A DNA stretch of 64,000 bases. It comes from a virus (Duplodnaviria; Caudoviricetes). The notes under the pieces are model-generated. The model did not search any database, was not told the DNA's origin, and was given only the letters and a program-made list of their open reading frames with translations. Made by a program: the position numbers and the translations under genes. Below, in pieces: positions 15,159-25,090 of the stretch (within the stretch, counting starts at the first letter, position 1; each line of letters begins with the position of its first letter). The stretch lies in IMG/VR virus record IMGVR_UViG_3300032038_000044, positions 1 to 64,000 of that record; one strand, written 5' to 3'.

Positions 15159-15938
15159 TTACTCTCCTATAAATACTCTATTATCAAGATACTTTCTGCC
15201 CTCACCCTTGAGCATAGGCATGTTAAGGTCAATCTTCCACTCTCCATCCTCGTAGATAACAGCGGTTCCGCGCTTCTTATAAATAGGAAAGTCATTCCAA
15301 TTAATACCAAACTTCTCATGAAGCATATCTTGAATCTTATTACAATTACAGTTCTCAAGCTCTTTATGTGAGAAGTAAGCTCTACCTACCATCTGTACAG
15401 AGTTTCTTGCTGCATCTAACTGTCTCCAATATACAAGGTTAGTAACCTCCTCTTTAGGAATGTTAAAGCATCTAGCATCAAACATAGCTCCCTTCTTAAC
15501 ACACTTCTCTAGTGTATCAAGATATGCCGTATCCTCTGGAGTAGATGTAACACCAAAATTTTTAAGATAAGCTTTCTCAAAAAGTCTATTGAAAATCATA
15601 GTAGCCATTGAAGCTGATATTGAACAAAGTTTTTGCACCTCATAATCAAACCATGCAGAACTATTTAACTTCTCATAATCTACAAGGATAAGTGTAATTT
15701 CATCAGACTGGGTATAGCCAAATACACATCCCTGGATATTCTTACAGAGATACTTGGTAGTCTCCTGCATAACCTCGATTAGTATATCATCAAAAGGCTT
15801 TTTTAGTCCTTTAGTAAACGTATGAAACGCCTTGCCATCAATACGGATAGCTACTGGTGTTCTTCTCATAAGCTTTGTTTTTGAAATACCCTCATAATAG
15901 GTTTTCATTCTTGTTCCTAAATCATCATGTACTGGCAT
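15159..15938 (-). CDS. thg1: tRNA(His) guanylyltransferase / Thg1-like protein
   Basis: RMKTYYE, RIDGKAFHTFT, YTQSDEI, FDAR, WRQLDA.RNS, WND.P..KRG. Confidence 0.92.
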   Translation of the reverse strand: MPVHDDLGTRMKTYYEGISKTKLMRRTPVAIRIDGKAFHTFTKGLKKPFDDILIEVMQETTKYLCKNIQGCVFGYTQSDEITLILVDYEKLNSSAWFDYEVQKLCSISASMATMIFNRLFEKAYLKNFGVTSTPEDTAYLDTLEKCVKKGAMFDARCFNIPKEEVTNLVYWRQLDAARNSVQMVGRAYFSHKELENCNCNKIQDMLHEKFGINWNDFPIYKKRGTAVIYEDGEWKIDLNMPMLKGEGRKYLDNRVFIGE

Positions 15939-15939
15939 A

Positions 15940-16155
15940 TTAATCTTCCTTTCTTTTTTCAAGTTGTTCTTTACACTCTTCTTCATTAAATGGTGCAACC
16001 CAAAATCTGTAATCAAAAGCTAGGTTGGTAATCACACCTTTAGGCTCTACATAATACTGTCTACGTCCCTGAGCATCAGGCAGCAATGTAGGGCTTACAA
16101 TCCAAGTATAATCCGGATATTTATTTGTAATATAATCTCCATTTGTCTTAAACAT
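15940..16155 (-). CDS. Hypothetical protein
   Basis: ORF after promoter. Confidence 0.65.
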   Translation of the reverse strand: MFKTNGDYITNKYPDYTWIVSPTLLPDAQGRRQYYVEPKGVITNLAFDYRFWVAPFNEEECKEQLEKRKED

Positions 16156-16212
16156 TTTTCTTTCCCTTTCTTTTTCTTTACATATTAATTATATCAAAAA
16201 ATTTTTAATAAA

Positions 16213-16761
16213 TCAATATGGAGAATATGGATATGTTTTACCCGTCTTTTTAATGTTTGAACCATCATGAGTAGCAAAAGTACCATCTGGAAATCTAATA
16301 AGATAATAAATGTTATCTTCACTGTCATATAAAACCTTATAAATAATTCCTATTTTTCCTTCGCGGTAAATGCCATTCTTTTCAAAGACAATTTCATCTC
16401 CAACTTTGAAGGTTCCATTATCTTTCTTTCTTTCATATGCTTTAATTTTATCTATAACTTTAGCTATTGTATATTTTTCAAAAATCTCATAACATTTTGT
16501 AGTACCAAAGATTTCTTTAAGCTTATCATATGGTATACCACCATCAGCCCAACCAATAACAATTTTCTTGCCATAATCCCAAGCGTCATTGAGACCTTTC
16601 TTATATGCTTGGCTTTTAATGATTATTTTTTCTTCGTCTGTAAGAAAGTCTAAATCATCATTATCTTTATCATAAAATCTTTCTCTATTAAATTCATCAA
16701 CAGGTACTATACCCTTATCAGTTACAGTAACTATATATTCTTTACCTAATTCAAAATTCAT
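16213..16761 (-). CDS. Hypothetical modular protein (G..DAW and VGDE...KTGKTYP modules)
   Basis: Motifs shared with 18827-19417 and 20959-21261. Confidence 0.7.
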   Translation of the reverse strand: MNFELGKEYIVTVTDKGIVPVDEFNRERFYDKDNDDLDFLTDEEKIIIKSQAYKKGLNDAWDYGKKIVIGWADGGIPYDKLKEIFGTTKCYEIFEKYTIAKVIDKIKAYERKKDNGTFKVGDEIVFEKNGIYREGKIGIIYKVLYDSEDNIYYLIRFPDGTFATHDGSNIKKTGKTYPYSPY

Positions 16762-16841
16762 TCTTTATTCCTCATCTTTCTTTTTCTTTATATAAATATT
16801 ATAACAAATTTTTTTAAATAAATCAAAAAAGAGGGATATTT

Positions 16842-17270
16842 CTATCCCTCTAACATACTTGCTACAATCTTGTTAGCAACCTTCATGTCCGCCTTGCCCT
16901 TTAGCGCACCCATAATCTTACCTCTATTTGGCTTAGCTAGTTCTATACCAAGAGAAGTGATGAATGATTTAATCTCCGCCTCATCTGTCATTAGCTTAGG
17001 CGCGAACTCGTCAATGATACCCATAACTACCTTATAACTCTCCAGAATGTCTGGACGGCTCTCTGGACAAGTATCAATCATCTCTTGACAAGTCTTCTTC
17101 TCCTTTAGGATAACCGCATCAATCTGCTCCTCAGTTACATTGTCCTTACATCTATTATCAATTCCAAACTTCTGTACTGCCTGGATAATACTTGAAATTG
17201 TTTCCTTGCGGACTCTATCCTTGTTCTTCATAGCGGAAACCATTTCCGCCTGTAATACCTCTAACTTCAT
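16842..17270 (-). CDS. GatB/YqeY-domain protein
   Basis: AMKNKD..RKETIS, EKKTCQE, P.LM.DE..I, GKIMG.LKGKADMK. Confidence 0.85.
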   Translation of the reverse strand: MKLEVLQAEMVSAMKNKDRVRKETISSIIQAVQKFGIDNRCKDNVTEEQIDAVILKEKKTCQEMIDTCPESRPDILESYKVVMGIIDEFAPKLMTDEAEIKSFITSLGIELAKPNRGKIMGALKGKADMKVANKIVASMLEG

Positions 17271-17666
17271 TTATTTTATCTCCTTTGATTCCTCTTCTTT
17301 TGTTAATTCTTTTATTTCATCTGTGATATAATCCACTACGTCCTTAGCGCTGTCCCCTAATATCTCGATGTTATGAGGTGTAATCTGGTTAACAACCATC
17401 ATTGTGTAGATAGTTTTCTTACTAGGCATTAAAACAAAAATTAAATATCCAACTAATAGAATAGGTAAACATATTTTGAATAACATCTTTTGAAAAGTCT
17501 TATTATCTTTTTCATCCAAAGGGCTATCAAATGACATAATACCCCAAATGATTATTAGAACTAGAAAGGCAGCGCTTGCAATAATGCCGACAGCTAAACC
17601 GATACTACCTAGCGATGGTAACACATCAGCAAAATAAATACTCCATGGGCTAATAATTGGTTCCAT
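17271..17666 (-). CDS. Membrane protein
   Basis: Two TM segments; PSKKTIY.M. Confidence 0.75.
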   Translation of the reverse strand: MEPIISPWSIYFADVLPSLGSIGLAVGIIASAAFLVLIIIWGIMSFDSPLDEKDNKTFQKMLFKICLPILLVGYLIFVLMPSKKTIYTMMVVNQITPHNIEILGDSAKDVVDYITDEIKELTKEEESKEIK

Positions 17667-18265
17667 TATTTATCCTCCTCAATCCTTGTGATTACTTCAA
17701 AACCATCTCTATCATAAAAGAATGTCATGCCATCAACTTCAATGCTATATTTATATCTGCCATCAGTTGATTTCTCTGGAAGGCGTTCATCTATATTAAT
17801 AATAACACCTAATGTACCTTTATCAAAAAGATGACAACTTGGATTATAGTCATTATATTCTTTGACTATCTTTACTATTGAACCTACTTTTACTGGTGCT
17901 TTTACAGGTTTAACAAGTTCAAGGTCTGCTGCTCCATAAAGATAAGTGCTAATCCTACCCCCATCATCCGCCTCAACATTATAAAGCATAATGTCATATT
18001 TCTCTGATTTATGTCTTTCCACAATAGTACCTACTGTTCCAACATTAAAAACTTTAATACCTTCCCAATCATAACTTGTAGTAGTACATACTTTATCTCC
18101 TACATTAAAAGCTGCACCTTCTTCTTCTAACTTCTTATGTCTATATGCTTCACCCCTATTAAAAGACTCCTGTCTACTTTCTCTTTTTCCAAATTTACAT
18201 CCATTCTCATATACTTTTGTTAATAATTCCTTTATAGTTTCTAACTCTTTATCAAAATCTGCCAT
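17666..18265 (-). CDS. Hypothetical protein with two KOW/SH3-like repeats
   Basis: FNVGDKV...GTVGTI and VKVGSIV...GTLGVI repeats. Confidence 0.7.
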   Translation of the reverse strand: MADFDKELETIKELLTKVYENGCKFGKRESRQESFNRGEAYRHKKLEEEGAAFNVGDKVCTTTSYDWEGIKVFNVGTVGTIVERHKSEKYDIMLYNVEADDGGRISTYLYGAADLELVKPVKAPVKVGSIVKIVKEYNDYNPSCHLFDKGTLGVIINIDERLPEKSTDGRYKYSIEVDGMTFFYDRDGFEVITRIEEDK

Positions 18266-18414
18266 TATTTCTTCTCTCCTAACTCTTTTATTTCAAGTGC
18301 AATAGAGGCTCCCGCCACTAAAATAGCAAAAGCTATCTTCTCTGTCTTATAATCTGTTGCTAATATTGCAATAAGATAACCAATTATCCAAACGTAATAA
18401 ACAAATTTCTGCAT
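18265..18414 (-). CDS. Small membrane protein (49 aa; not in ORF track)
   Basis: MQKFVYYVWIIGYLIAILA...; stop overlaps next start. Confidence 0.6.
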   Translation of the reverse strand: MQKFVYYVWIIGYLIAILATDYKTEKIAFAILVAGASIALEIKELGEKK

Positions 18415-18416
18415 TT

Positions 18417-18824
18417 CTAATTCCTTTCTCTTAAATCACGATATTGTACTACAACATCATGTATTTCACAAATCTTTTTAAATTCAACGTCATTAACTAC
18501 AAAGCCATGTTTTTGTGTGGGCTGCCCAAAAGCCATATAATTATCTCTACCTTTTTCTAAAAATAAATTAAGATTAGACTCATAATGATTCACGTATATA
18601 TTACTAAGCATAATGTTATCACGCATTACCTCAAAAGGCATATTGCATACTGAATCAAGGAAGACTTTTCCTGAAACAAAATGGGTTTGTCCTTTTAATG
18701 TGCGTCCTGTACGTTCAGTTGGCGTATCATAAGTCAAGGCTCTTACAAAAGTAATTTCAGTATGGTCTCCCCTTACTGCCAGAAAGAAAAAGCCTTTGCC
18801 ATCAACTCTATAGCTTTTATTCAT
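18417..18824 (-). CDS. Hypothetical protein (paralogue of 19392-19820)
   Basis: MNK.YRVDG.G.F.LA N-terminus. Confidence 0.7.
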   Translation of the reverse strand: MNKSYRVDGKGFFFLAVRGDHTEITFVRALTYDTPTERTGRTLKGQTHFVSGKVFLDSVCNMPFEVMRDNIMLSNIYVNHYESNLNLFLEKGRDNYMAFGQPTQKHGFVVNDVEFKKICEIHDVVVQYRDLRERN

Positions 18825-18826
18825 TC

Positions 18827-19417
18827 TTACCTCCCTAACTCATTAATTATCTTTTCTATGTCTGGATATGTCTTTCCTGTTTTAGTAAAATCACGAGGAT
18901 TTACATACCCAACATATCCGTTGCCCGTTTCTCCTTTGTCTGAATATATAACACTTGCATTAGTTTGAGTAGCAATATGTGTAATAATACATACTGTTTT
19001 ATCATTTTCTATCTCATCACCTACATGATATTCTGGATAGGTCTTCTCAGTAAAGTTACGACCATCTATACAAGAATCACATGGACATCCGGTAGGCCAC
19101 TGGGCGTCTTGGCTTCCATACCAGTTACACCTCTTACATTTCTGTTTTCTTCTGTACTTTTCTAAACCCTTTTTAGCTTCTTCTACAGTTAACGCGTCAA
19201 AAATTCCACTTTCATCTGAAATAGTTATAGAAAAAATATCTTCTAAATCAGAACAAGGGAAGTCAAGTAACTGACCCGCCAAATCCCAAGCTTCTTCCAT
19301 ACCCGCTTTAAATCCTTTATCATAGTATCTCTTGCTTTCATCTGTTACTGTAGCATCAAGCTCTACTTCTCCATATTCCACTGGATAATCATTAATCTTT
19401 ATACTGTACTTTTCCAT
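18827..19417 (-). CDS. Hypothetical modular protein with CxxC...CxCxxC insert
   Basis: EEAW, VGDE and KTGKTYP modules. Confidence 0.7.
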   Translation of the reverse strand: MEKYSIKINDYPVEYGEVELDATVTDESKRYYDKGFKAGMEEAWDLAGQLLDFPCSDLEDIFSITISDESGIFDALTVEEAKKGLEKYRRKQKCKRCNWYGSQDAQWPTGCPCDSCIDGRNFTEKTYPEYHVGDEIENDKTVCIITHIATQTNASVIYSDKGETGNGYVGYVNPRDFTKTGKTYPDIEKIINELGR

Positions 19418-19820
19418 ACCATGCCCTTTCTAAATCTTTCTCATAAGCGTATTCTACAACAACTTCATTTTCTTCACAGAGTTCTAAAAACATTCTTTCA
19501 TCTATTCCAAAATAATCTGTGCCACCAAATGAAAATGCTTCACCACCCTCTATTATGTTGAGGGATAAATTAGTTTCATAATGGTCTATATATATATTAT
19601 ACATATCTATTTCATTTACTGACACTGATAAAGGTTTCTTTTTAATAAGATTAAGAAAATCTTTACCAAACATAAAATGAGATTCTGAACCTCCAGCTAT
19701 TTGAGGTTCATCACCAAAATGGTCAGTTGCTATAAAAGTTAAACCGTATTCATCTTCTTTTTCATCAAATGCAAGAGCGAAATAACCCGCACCATCTACT
19801 CTATATTTTTCTTTATTCAT
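19392..19820 (-). CDS. Hypothetical protein (paralogue of 18417-18824)
   Basis: Shared YRVDG and Y...YE.NL.L motifs. Confidence 0.7.
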   Translation of the reverse strand: MNKEKYRVDGAGYFALAFDEKEDEYGLTFIATDHFGDEPQIAGGSESHFMFGKDFLNLIKKKPLSVSVNEIDMYNIYIDHYETNLSLNIIEGGEAFSFGGTDYFGIDERMFLELCEENEVVVEYAYEKDLERAWYGKVQYKD

Positions 19821-19821
19821 A

Positions 19822-19992
19822 TTATTCTTCTACCTCATCAAATAATTCACTTACTTCTATTGTTACGGTATCACATTTATCGCGTATCACATCTTCTGAT
19901 GACCATAACAATTCACTAGCTAAATTAAATGCATCATCGACATTATCTGCTTCAACTGTGATAAAACCTGTTATTGAAAAAGCGTATTTCAT
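19822..19992 (-). CDS. Small acidic hypothetical protein (56 aa; not in ORF track)
   Basis: MKYAFSITGFITVEADN...; SD GAGG. Confidence 0.6.
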   Translation of the reverse strand: MKYAFSITGFITVEADNVDDAFNLASELLWSSEDVIRDKCDTVTIEVSELFDEVEE

Positions 19993-20147
19993 GAATATAA
20001 CCTCACTTGCATATATTCATCTTCGTTTATAACAGGTTCGATAATCTCTCCATCAGGGGTGAATTCACCATCATAATCTCTTACCTGTATAGTAAAGTCT
20101 TCACATCCTCTTTCAACAGCCCAATCATATAAATCTTTAATTGTCAT
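19989..20147 (-). CDS. Small hypothetical protein (52 aa; not in ORF track)
   Basis: MTIKDLYDWA...; SD AAGGAG; ATGA overlap with next gene. Confidence 0.6.
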   Translation of the reverse strand: MTIKDLYDWAVERGCEDFTIQVRDYDGEFTPDGEIIEPVINEDEYMQVRLYS

Positions 20148-20521
20148 TATATTACTCCTTCTCTTGTTTGTGTTGTGCTTGTAAATGTTGCAAAACGCAT
20201 AAGTTTCTGATTATCATATTCATTAACATGAGTTACAAAAAGTCTTGATTGGCTCCAAATATGCTTAGCCGCTTTACCAGTTCTTGTCTTTTCCATCTCT
20301 TTATCTGTTCTTTTGTTAAGGTCATCTACATCAAGAAGACCATATCTAAGATTGTCCTGAAATGGATTAGGTACATTAGTAGCATTAACATGCTGACATA
20401 TATCTGGATGAAAAGCTTTACAATACTCTTTATAAAGCTTGTTTACATTATCCTTATCCTTAATAGGAAAGATGTCAGCATATTTAGTATTCGTAGAAAG
20501 TAGAACATCTATCTTTATCGT
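20147..20521 (-). pseudogene. 124-codon open frame starting at ACG: J-domain-like N-terminus fused to an adenylosuccinate-synthetase-like C-terminus
   Basis: LYKEYCKAFHPD then TNVPNPFQDNLRYGLLD; no ATG/GTG/TTG in the first ~75 codons. Confidence 0.5.
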
Positions 20522-20687
20522 CTTTCTTTTTACCTTTCTTTATATATAAATAAATAATATTTGCAATATTAATAAATGCAAATACATAATCTAATATGGC
20601 TGCCGCATCCTGCTCATTACATAGTTGTATAGTACCTACAATTAACCAACAAACAAGAGAAAAGAGATTGGCAAAAAACTCTAGCAC
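20484..20687 (-). CDS. Small membrane protein
   Basis: Two hydrophobic segments. Confidence 0.6.
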   Translation of the reverse strand: MLEFFANLFSLVCWLIVGTIQLCNEQDAAAILDYVFAFINIANIIYLYIKKGKKKDDKDRCSTFYEY

Positions 20688-20698
20688 GGTATCACCAC

Positions 20699-20968
20699 CT
20701 ATACACTATATGTAAAAGGTGAGATTGCGGGTGCCGGTTTAACCTCTTCAAACACGCCAATCCACTCCCAATCGCCTTTCCCGCGAAAGTTCTTGATTTC
20801 TTCTATTGTTTCAATAGTATCGGTAAGCATCGCTGGTCTAGGTAGTCCTTGGTCATCAATAATCTTACCATTAACAACATCATAGATTACCCCGGCAGTA
20901 AACCCGCAAGGATAGCCATTGGCAAATTTCTTAGGTCTAATACACTTAACCTGTTTCATTAATAACAC
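20699..20968 (-). CDS. Hypothetical protein
   Basis: ORF in operon. Confidence 0.7.
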   Translation of the reverse strand: MLLMKQVKCIRPKKFANGYPCGFTAGVIYDVVNGKIIDDQGLPRPAMLTDTIETIEEIKNFRGKGDWEWIGVFEEVKPAPAISPFTYSV

Positions 20969-21261
20969 CTTCCTTCTTTTACTTCATATGCGTCTATCTT
21001 TTCTTTGACTTCTTCAAAAGGTAGCTTTATAATTTCTGTAGCTGCAAAATCTCCAAATATACTAATTAAATCCTTTAAAGGCAATCCGCCATCCACTATA
21101 TTACAACATACCATCTGTGCATATTTCCAAGCATCTTCAACGCCCTTTTTATATGCTTCTGTAAGATACATTGTTTTTCCATATTTATAAATTTCTGTGC
21201 GCATTTGATTCGCAGTATAATTAAGTTTTAATGCTAATTCTTGTGGTATATAATCTGACAT
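20959..21261 (-). CDS. Hypothetical protein (G..DAW module family)
   Basis: YKKGVEDAW...DGGLP..DL..IFG similar to 16213-16761. Confidence 0.7.
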   Translation of the reverse strand: MSDYIPQELALKLNYTANQMRTEIYKYGKTMYLTEAYKKGVEDAWKYAQMVCCNIVDGGLPLKDLISIFGDFAATEIIKLPFEEVKEKIDAYEVKEGRCY

Positions 21262-21779
21262 TATTCTTTATCCTCTTTCTTTATTCCAAAATAATATTTC
21301 TTAATTCTATCTTCACCAACTGCTTTAATACAATCTTTAATATCATCTCTCGTTTTGAAAAAAATACCAGTATATTTAGAACAACGAGACCTACCAATGA
21401 GAATTGTATCACAAAGGATGTCGTAATAAAGATAATCATGATAGTTAATACCATCCCATCCAAAATCTTCAGGTTCTGCAAACTTCTTCATTTCATGAAT
21501 GACTTTAAGTCTTTCAACTTCAAATTTTGCTTCCTCTTCTGTTTTAAAACAGTTTCCCGTAGATATACGGTCTGCGTGAATATAAGATGTTGGATTATAA
21601 TATTCATAATCTATTTCTCCATCAGAAAGAAGGAAATAAAATTTATCCCCCTTTTTTGGAAAAGGAATTTCCTCTTTCTCTTCTTCCTTCTGCTCTTCTA
21701 TCTCACAAGCACCACCAAGTAATACTTTAATTGCATTAATCTGTTCATCTGTTAGGTTCTTAAATGTTATATCTTTCAT
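21261..21779 (-). CDS. Hypothetical phage protein
   Basis: GNCFKTEEEA; F.TRDD...CI..VGE.RI..Y. Confidence 0.75.
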   Translation of the reverse strand: MKDITFKNLTDEQINAIKVLLGGACEIEEQKEEEKEEIPFPKKGDKFYFLLSDGEIDYEYYNPTSYIHADRISTGNCFKTEEEAKFEVERLKVIHEMKKFAEPEDFGWDGINYHDYLYYDILCDTILIGRSRCSKYTGIFFKTRDDIKDCIKAVGEDRIKKYYFGIKKEDKE

Positions 21780-21853
21780 TTATTTATTTTCCTTTCTTTT
21801 TCTTTACATAAATATTATAACAAATTTTTTTTAATAAATCAAAAAAGAACTTA

Positions 21854-22198
21854 TTATACATAAGTTCTTTTTACGTTGCCACATTCTAATACTAATTGAT
21901 TATTATACAGTATATCAATAAACGTATTGTAATATCCATACCATACATAACACGGGACAAGTATGAAATGCGCAAATCCATCTTGGTCATAACAACCAAA
22001 TAGAAAGCCAAGTTCATCAATGTAGCGGAACTCTAATTCTTCATCAAAGTCATAATCGTAATTAATATCATTCTTACTTATGGCTTCAAAGTCCGCATAT
22101 ACTCTATCACCATGCGTAATATAACTTGAATCACTATAGGCGATAACATTACCATTATCAAATAATATCCTATCTTCATTTATGTCTACAATTTTCAT
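21854..22198 (-). CDS. Hypothetical protein
   Basis: ORF in operon. Confidence 0.7.
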   Translation of the reverse strand: MKIVDINEDRILFDNGNVIAYSDSSYITHGDRVYADFEAISKNDINYDYDFDEELEFRYIDELGFLFGCYDQDGFAHFILVPCYVWYGYYNTFIDILYNNQLVLECGNVKRTYV

Positions 22199-22219
22199 AC
22201 TATTACCTGCCTTTATATA

Positions 22220-23035
22220 TTATATGATATGTACGCTCCAATAACCCACTTCATCCGCATTATCAATCTGACAGTTCATGTGATAATGACCGAAGAACCA
22301 ATGCTCATAATCTACCTTATTCTTAATCTTACCTAAGAATTCTGATAATTTATGACAGTCCGCACCTGGGTCAATAGCATACTTACTTACTCTATGTAAA
22401 TCCTGAATAGGTGCTTCATGAGTAAGGATAATATCTACCTTGTTATCATGCGCATCAAGATTCTCAAGAGCATGAGCCATTTCCGCTGGTGTAGGCATTT
22501 CCTCTTTCCACCAACCGATACCTCTAGTACGGTAAAAGAGTCCCTCATTACGCAACTTAAAGATAGTCTCACTGTCGCCTGGGTCTACTACGCCCGCCGC
22601 ATAGTTCTCTCTTAATTCTTCATCTGTAGCAAGACCATTAATATCATGTGAAGGCGCTCCGCCAAAAGCAAAGATACTCTTACCATGAATATTAAAAATC
22701 TCACCTCTCATAAGATGCACAATATTCTTACGAATTCTATGCACTTTTCCGCCATTCCACTTTTCTATTGGGTACTTGAATAACTCATGGAAGTTCTCAT
22801 GGTTTCCATCAACAAAAGCAATAGTAATAGGCAATTCCGCAATTTCATCTAACTCCTTCTGTTGTCTTTCATATAAAGAATTATCCTCATTAAACCAGAT
22901 AAAACCAAAGTCGCCTGCTACGAGGAGACAATCTTCTTCTACATCTAGTCCATCTTCTTTGAAAAATCCCACGTTCTCTACTCTTGACCTAAGGTCAAAA
23001 AGGTCTCCGTGTAAATCTCCTGTCCAAGCTAACAT
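22220..23035 (-). CDS. Calcineurin-like metallophosphoesterase
   Basis: GDLHG, GDFG, GNHE, THEAP, GHYH. Confidence 0.9.
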   Translation of the reverse strand: MLAWTGDLHGDLFDLRSRVENVGFFKEDGLDVEEDCLLVAGDFGFIWFNEDNSLYERQQKELDEIAELPITIAFVDGNHENFHELFKYPIEKWNGGKVHRIRKNIVHLMRGEIFNIHGKSIFAFGGAPSHDINGLATDEELRENYAAGVVDPGDSETIFKLRNEGLFYRTRGIGWWKEEMPTPAEMAHALENLDAHDNKVDIILTHEAPIQDLHRVSKYAIDPGADCHKLSEFLGKIKNKVDYEHWFFGHYHMNCQIDNADEVGYWSVHII

Positions 23036-23094
23036 TTTAGTTTTCTCCTTTCTTTTTTATTACAAATTTATTATAACAAAAAATTTTTATAAAA

Positions 23095-23973
23095 TCAATT
23101 TTTTACATAAAAGTAGACTTCTTTATTAGAAATAGCCTCTATATAAATCTTACCAAATATATCTGTAAACTGTTCCAAGAAAACTATAAAACTTCCTACA
23201 CTATGTCCTATATTTGAAGTAACTCGATATTCAGTGCATCCATCCATTAGAGGGACATCCTCAGTCTTTGTTATAGAAAAATTACCTGACATTCCGTGCA
23301 TTATATTGTATCTAAGAACATCCTCAATATCTTTATTTGCCATAAATTTAAGATGTCTTAAATAATCAAAGTCACTTTTAGTTATATAGCGTTTTTGACC
23401 ATTACCTTTAACCCAATAATAATAAAACTTTTTATTTACCCCTGCTGTTACAGGATAGTCTAATGATAAATAATTATCATTTAATGGGCTATTAGGTGTA
23501 TCCATATAGATTGCATTAAAATCCTTTATATAATTTCCATTATCGAAATCCATAATCATTTTGTCAAAAAAACAATTTATTGATTTCTTTGTTAAAATAA
23601 TATCATTAATATTGATAATAAAATAACCTTTAATATCAGGTTTATTAAAAATTATATTTTTATCATAGGTACCATATATTTTTATTGAATGAATTATTGA
23701 TTGCCACTCTATATATTCTATTGCATCATTATAAGATAATGTTTCATTAATATCTTTGCCTATTAGCTTTTTACAGTCTTTGATATATTTTTCTAGTTTA
23801 TTCATAGTTTCTTCAAAATTATAATCATAACAATAAAAAGTCTTTTTTATCGGACAATCATTTATAATAACTAATACCTCATTAAGTTTATCTCCTTTTT
23901 TAAAGGTAACATCATTTTCATCTTCAAAGATTTTTCTTATAATATCAAATTTTTCCATAGTTCCGTTCCTCAC
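23095..23973 (-). CDS. Hypothetical protein
   Basis: 292-aa ORF. Confidence 0.7.
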   Translation of the reverse strand: MRNGTMEKFDIIRKIFEDENDVTFKKGDKLNEVLVIINDCPIKKTFYCYDYNFEETMNKLEKYIKDCKKLIGKDINETLSYNDAIEYIEWQSIIHSIKIYGTYDKNIIFNKPDIKGYFIININDIILTKKSINCFFDKMIMDFDNGNYIKDFNAIYMDTPNSPLNDNYLSLDYPVTAGVNKKFYYYWVKGNGQKRYITKSDFDYLRHLKFMANKDIEDVLRYNIMHGMSGNFSITKTEDVPLMDGCTEYRVTSNIGHSVGSFIVFLEQFTDIFGKIYIEAISNKEVYFYVKN

Positions 23974-23989
23974 AATCTAAAGGGCTAAA

Positions 23990-24823
23990 TTAATTATTAG
24001 CCCTTTTAATTACAACACCATTATCAACAAAAGTTACCATAGGCTTTTTGCCAAAGAGTGCTTCAACAGCATCCTTTTCATATAAGATAGAGGTAGCACT
24101 TTCGCCAATATCAGACTGAACTAAAAATTCACTTTTTCTACCCCTGTAGTTTGAAATATTATATTTACCCTTCATAGTATCTTTTATTTTTTCTGCAATC
24201 TCTACCTCATGACCATCTACCTCATCTTTTCTAAGATAAATACGAGCGCCATTCTTAGTCTTACGATAATAGTAAATATAATAGTATCTTTTCTCTTCTT
24301 CATCCCATACTTTAATATAGGCAAGGTCAAAGTAAGATGTATATGCTGACATTGGAGTTCTTGTAACATCTACATAGATTTCATCATAGTTAGAAAAAGC
24401 ATAACCAAACGTAAAGCAAGTTATAATATCATTAACCTCTATCTCAAGTCGCTTCTGGTTCTTAATTAAATTAAAATCGATTTTATACTTCATCTTTTCA
24501 CCAGTTGACTTTTTAATAATAGTGTAATCACCAGTAACAGCATCAATAGGACCAAAGTATCCACCATAGCCCTTAGCGGAAAGTGCCTTAATAAGCTCCA
24601 TTTTTGCGCGCTGTGGAGTGAATGGCTTACCTAATCCCTTAGAGTTAGCGATAATATCATTTATGATTTTATCATCTGTAAAGTTCGCCCATTTGTAATA
24701 TGTAGACACACCGCTTCCATAGTTTACAACTAAGCCTTTTCCAGAGTCCTTAATGTTTGAAATACCCTTTATATCTCTGTTCTTTAATTGTTCTTTAATA
24801 ACATCAATTCTTTTTATTGACAT
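23990..24823 (-). CDS. Hypothetical protein
   Basis: SD AAGGAG before MSIKR; loosely similar C-terminus to 23095-23973. Confidence 0.7.
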   Translation of the reverse strand: MSIKRIDVIKEQLKNRDIKGISNIKDSGKGLVVNYGSGVSTYYKWANFTDDKIINDIIANSKGLGKPFTPQRAKMELIKALSAKGYGGYFGPIDAVTGDYTIIKKSTGEKMKYKIDFNLIKNQKRLEIEVNDIITCFTFGYAFSNYDEIYVDVTRTPMSAYTSYFDLAYIKVWDEEEKRYYYIYYYRKTKNGARIYLRKDEVDGHEVEIAEKIKDTMKGKYNISNYRGRKSEFLVQSDIGESATSILYEKDAVEALFGKKPMVTFVDNGVVIKRANN

Positions 24824-25088
24824 AATTATTCTCCTTTTTTCTATTCCGTTCCCGCATAACAAGTGGAAATATTACTAAATCAACGCAGTCGGCGTTATGA
24901 AACCAACATAAATAGCCTTTCTCCAAATTAACAGCGTTATAAGCTTCACAAAAACAAAAATCACCAATTTCACTTAATTTTTTTGATATATCAATTAAAT
25001 TTGTTTTCATATAGTAAGCACCATTAAACATAAAACCTTGTCCTTGTTTAAGGTCGCCAAATTTAACTTCTTTATTTTTATACTCCAT
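24804..25088 (-). CDS. Hypothetical protein (paralogue of 25091-25327)
   Basis: V.FGDL..G..F motif. Confidence 0.65.
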   Translation of the reverse strand: MEYKNKEVKFGDLKQGQGFMFNGAYYMKTNLIDISKKLSEIGDFCFCEAYNAVNLEKGYLCWFHNADCVDLVIFPLVMRERNRKKENNYVNKKN

Positions 25089-25090
25089 AT

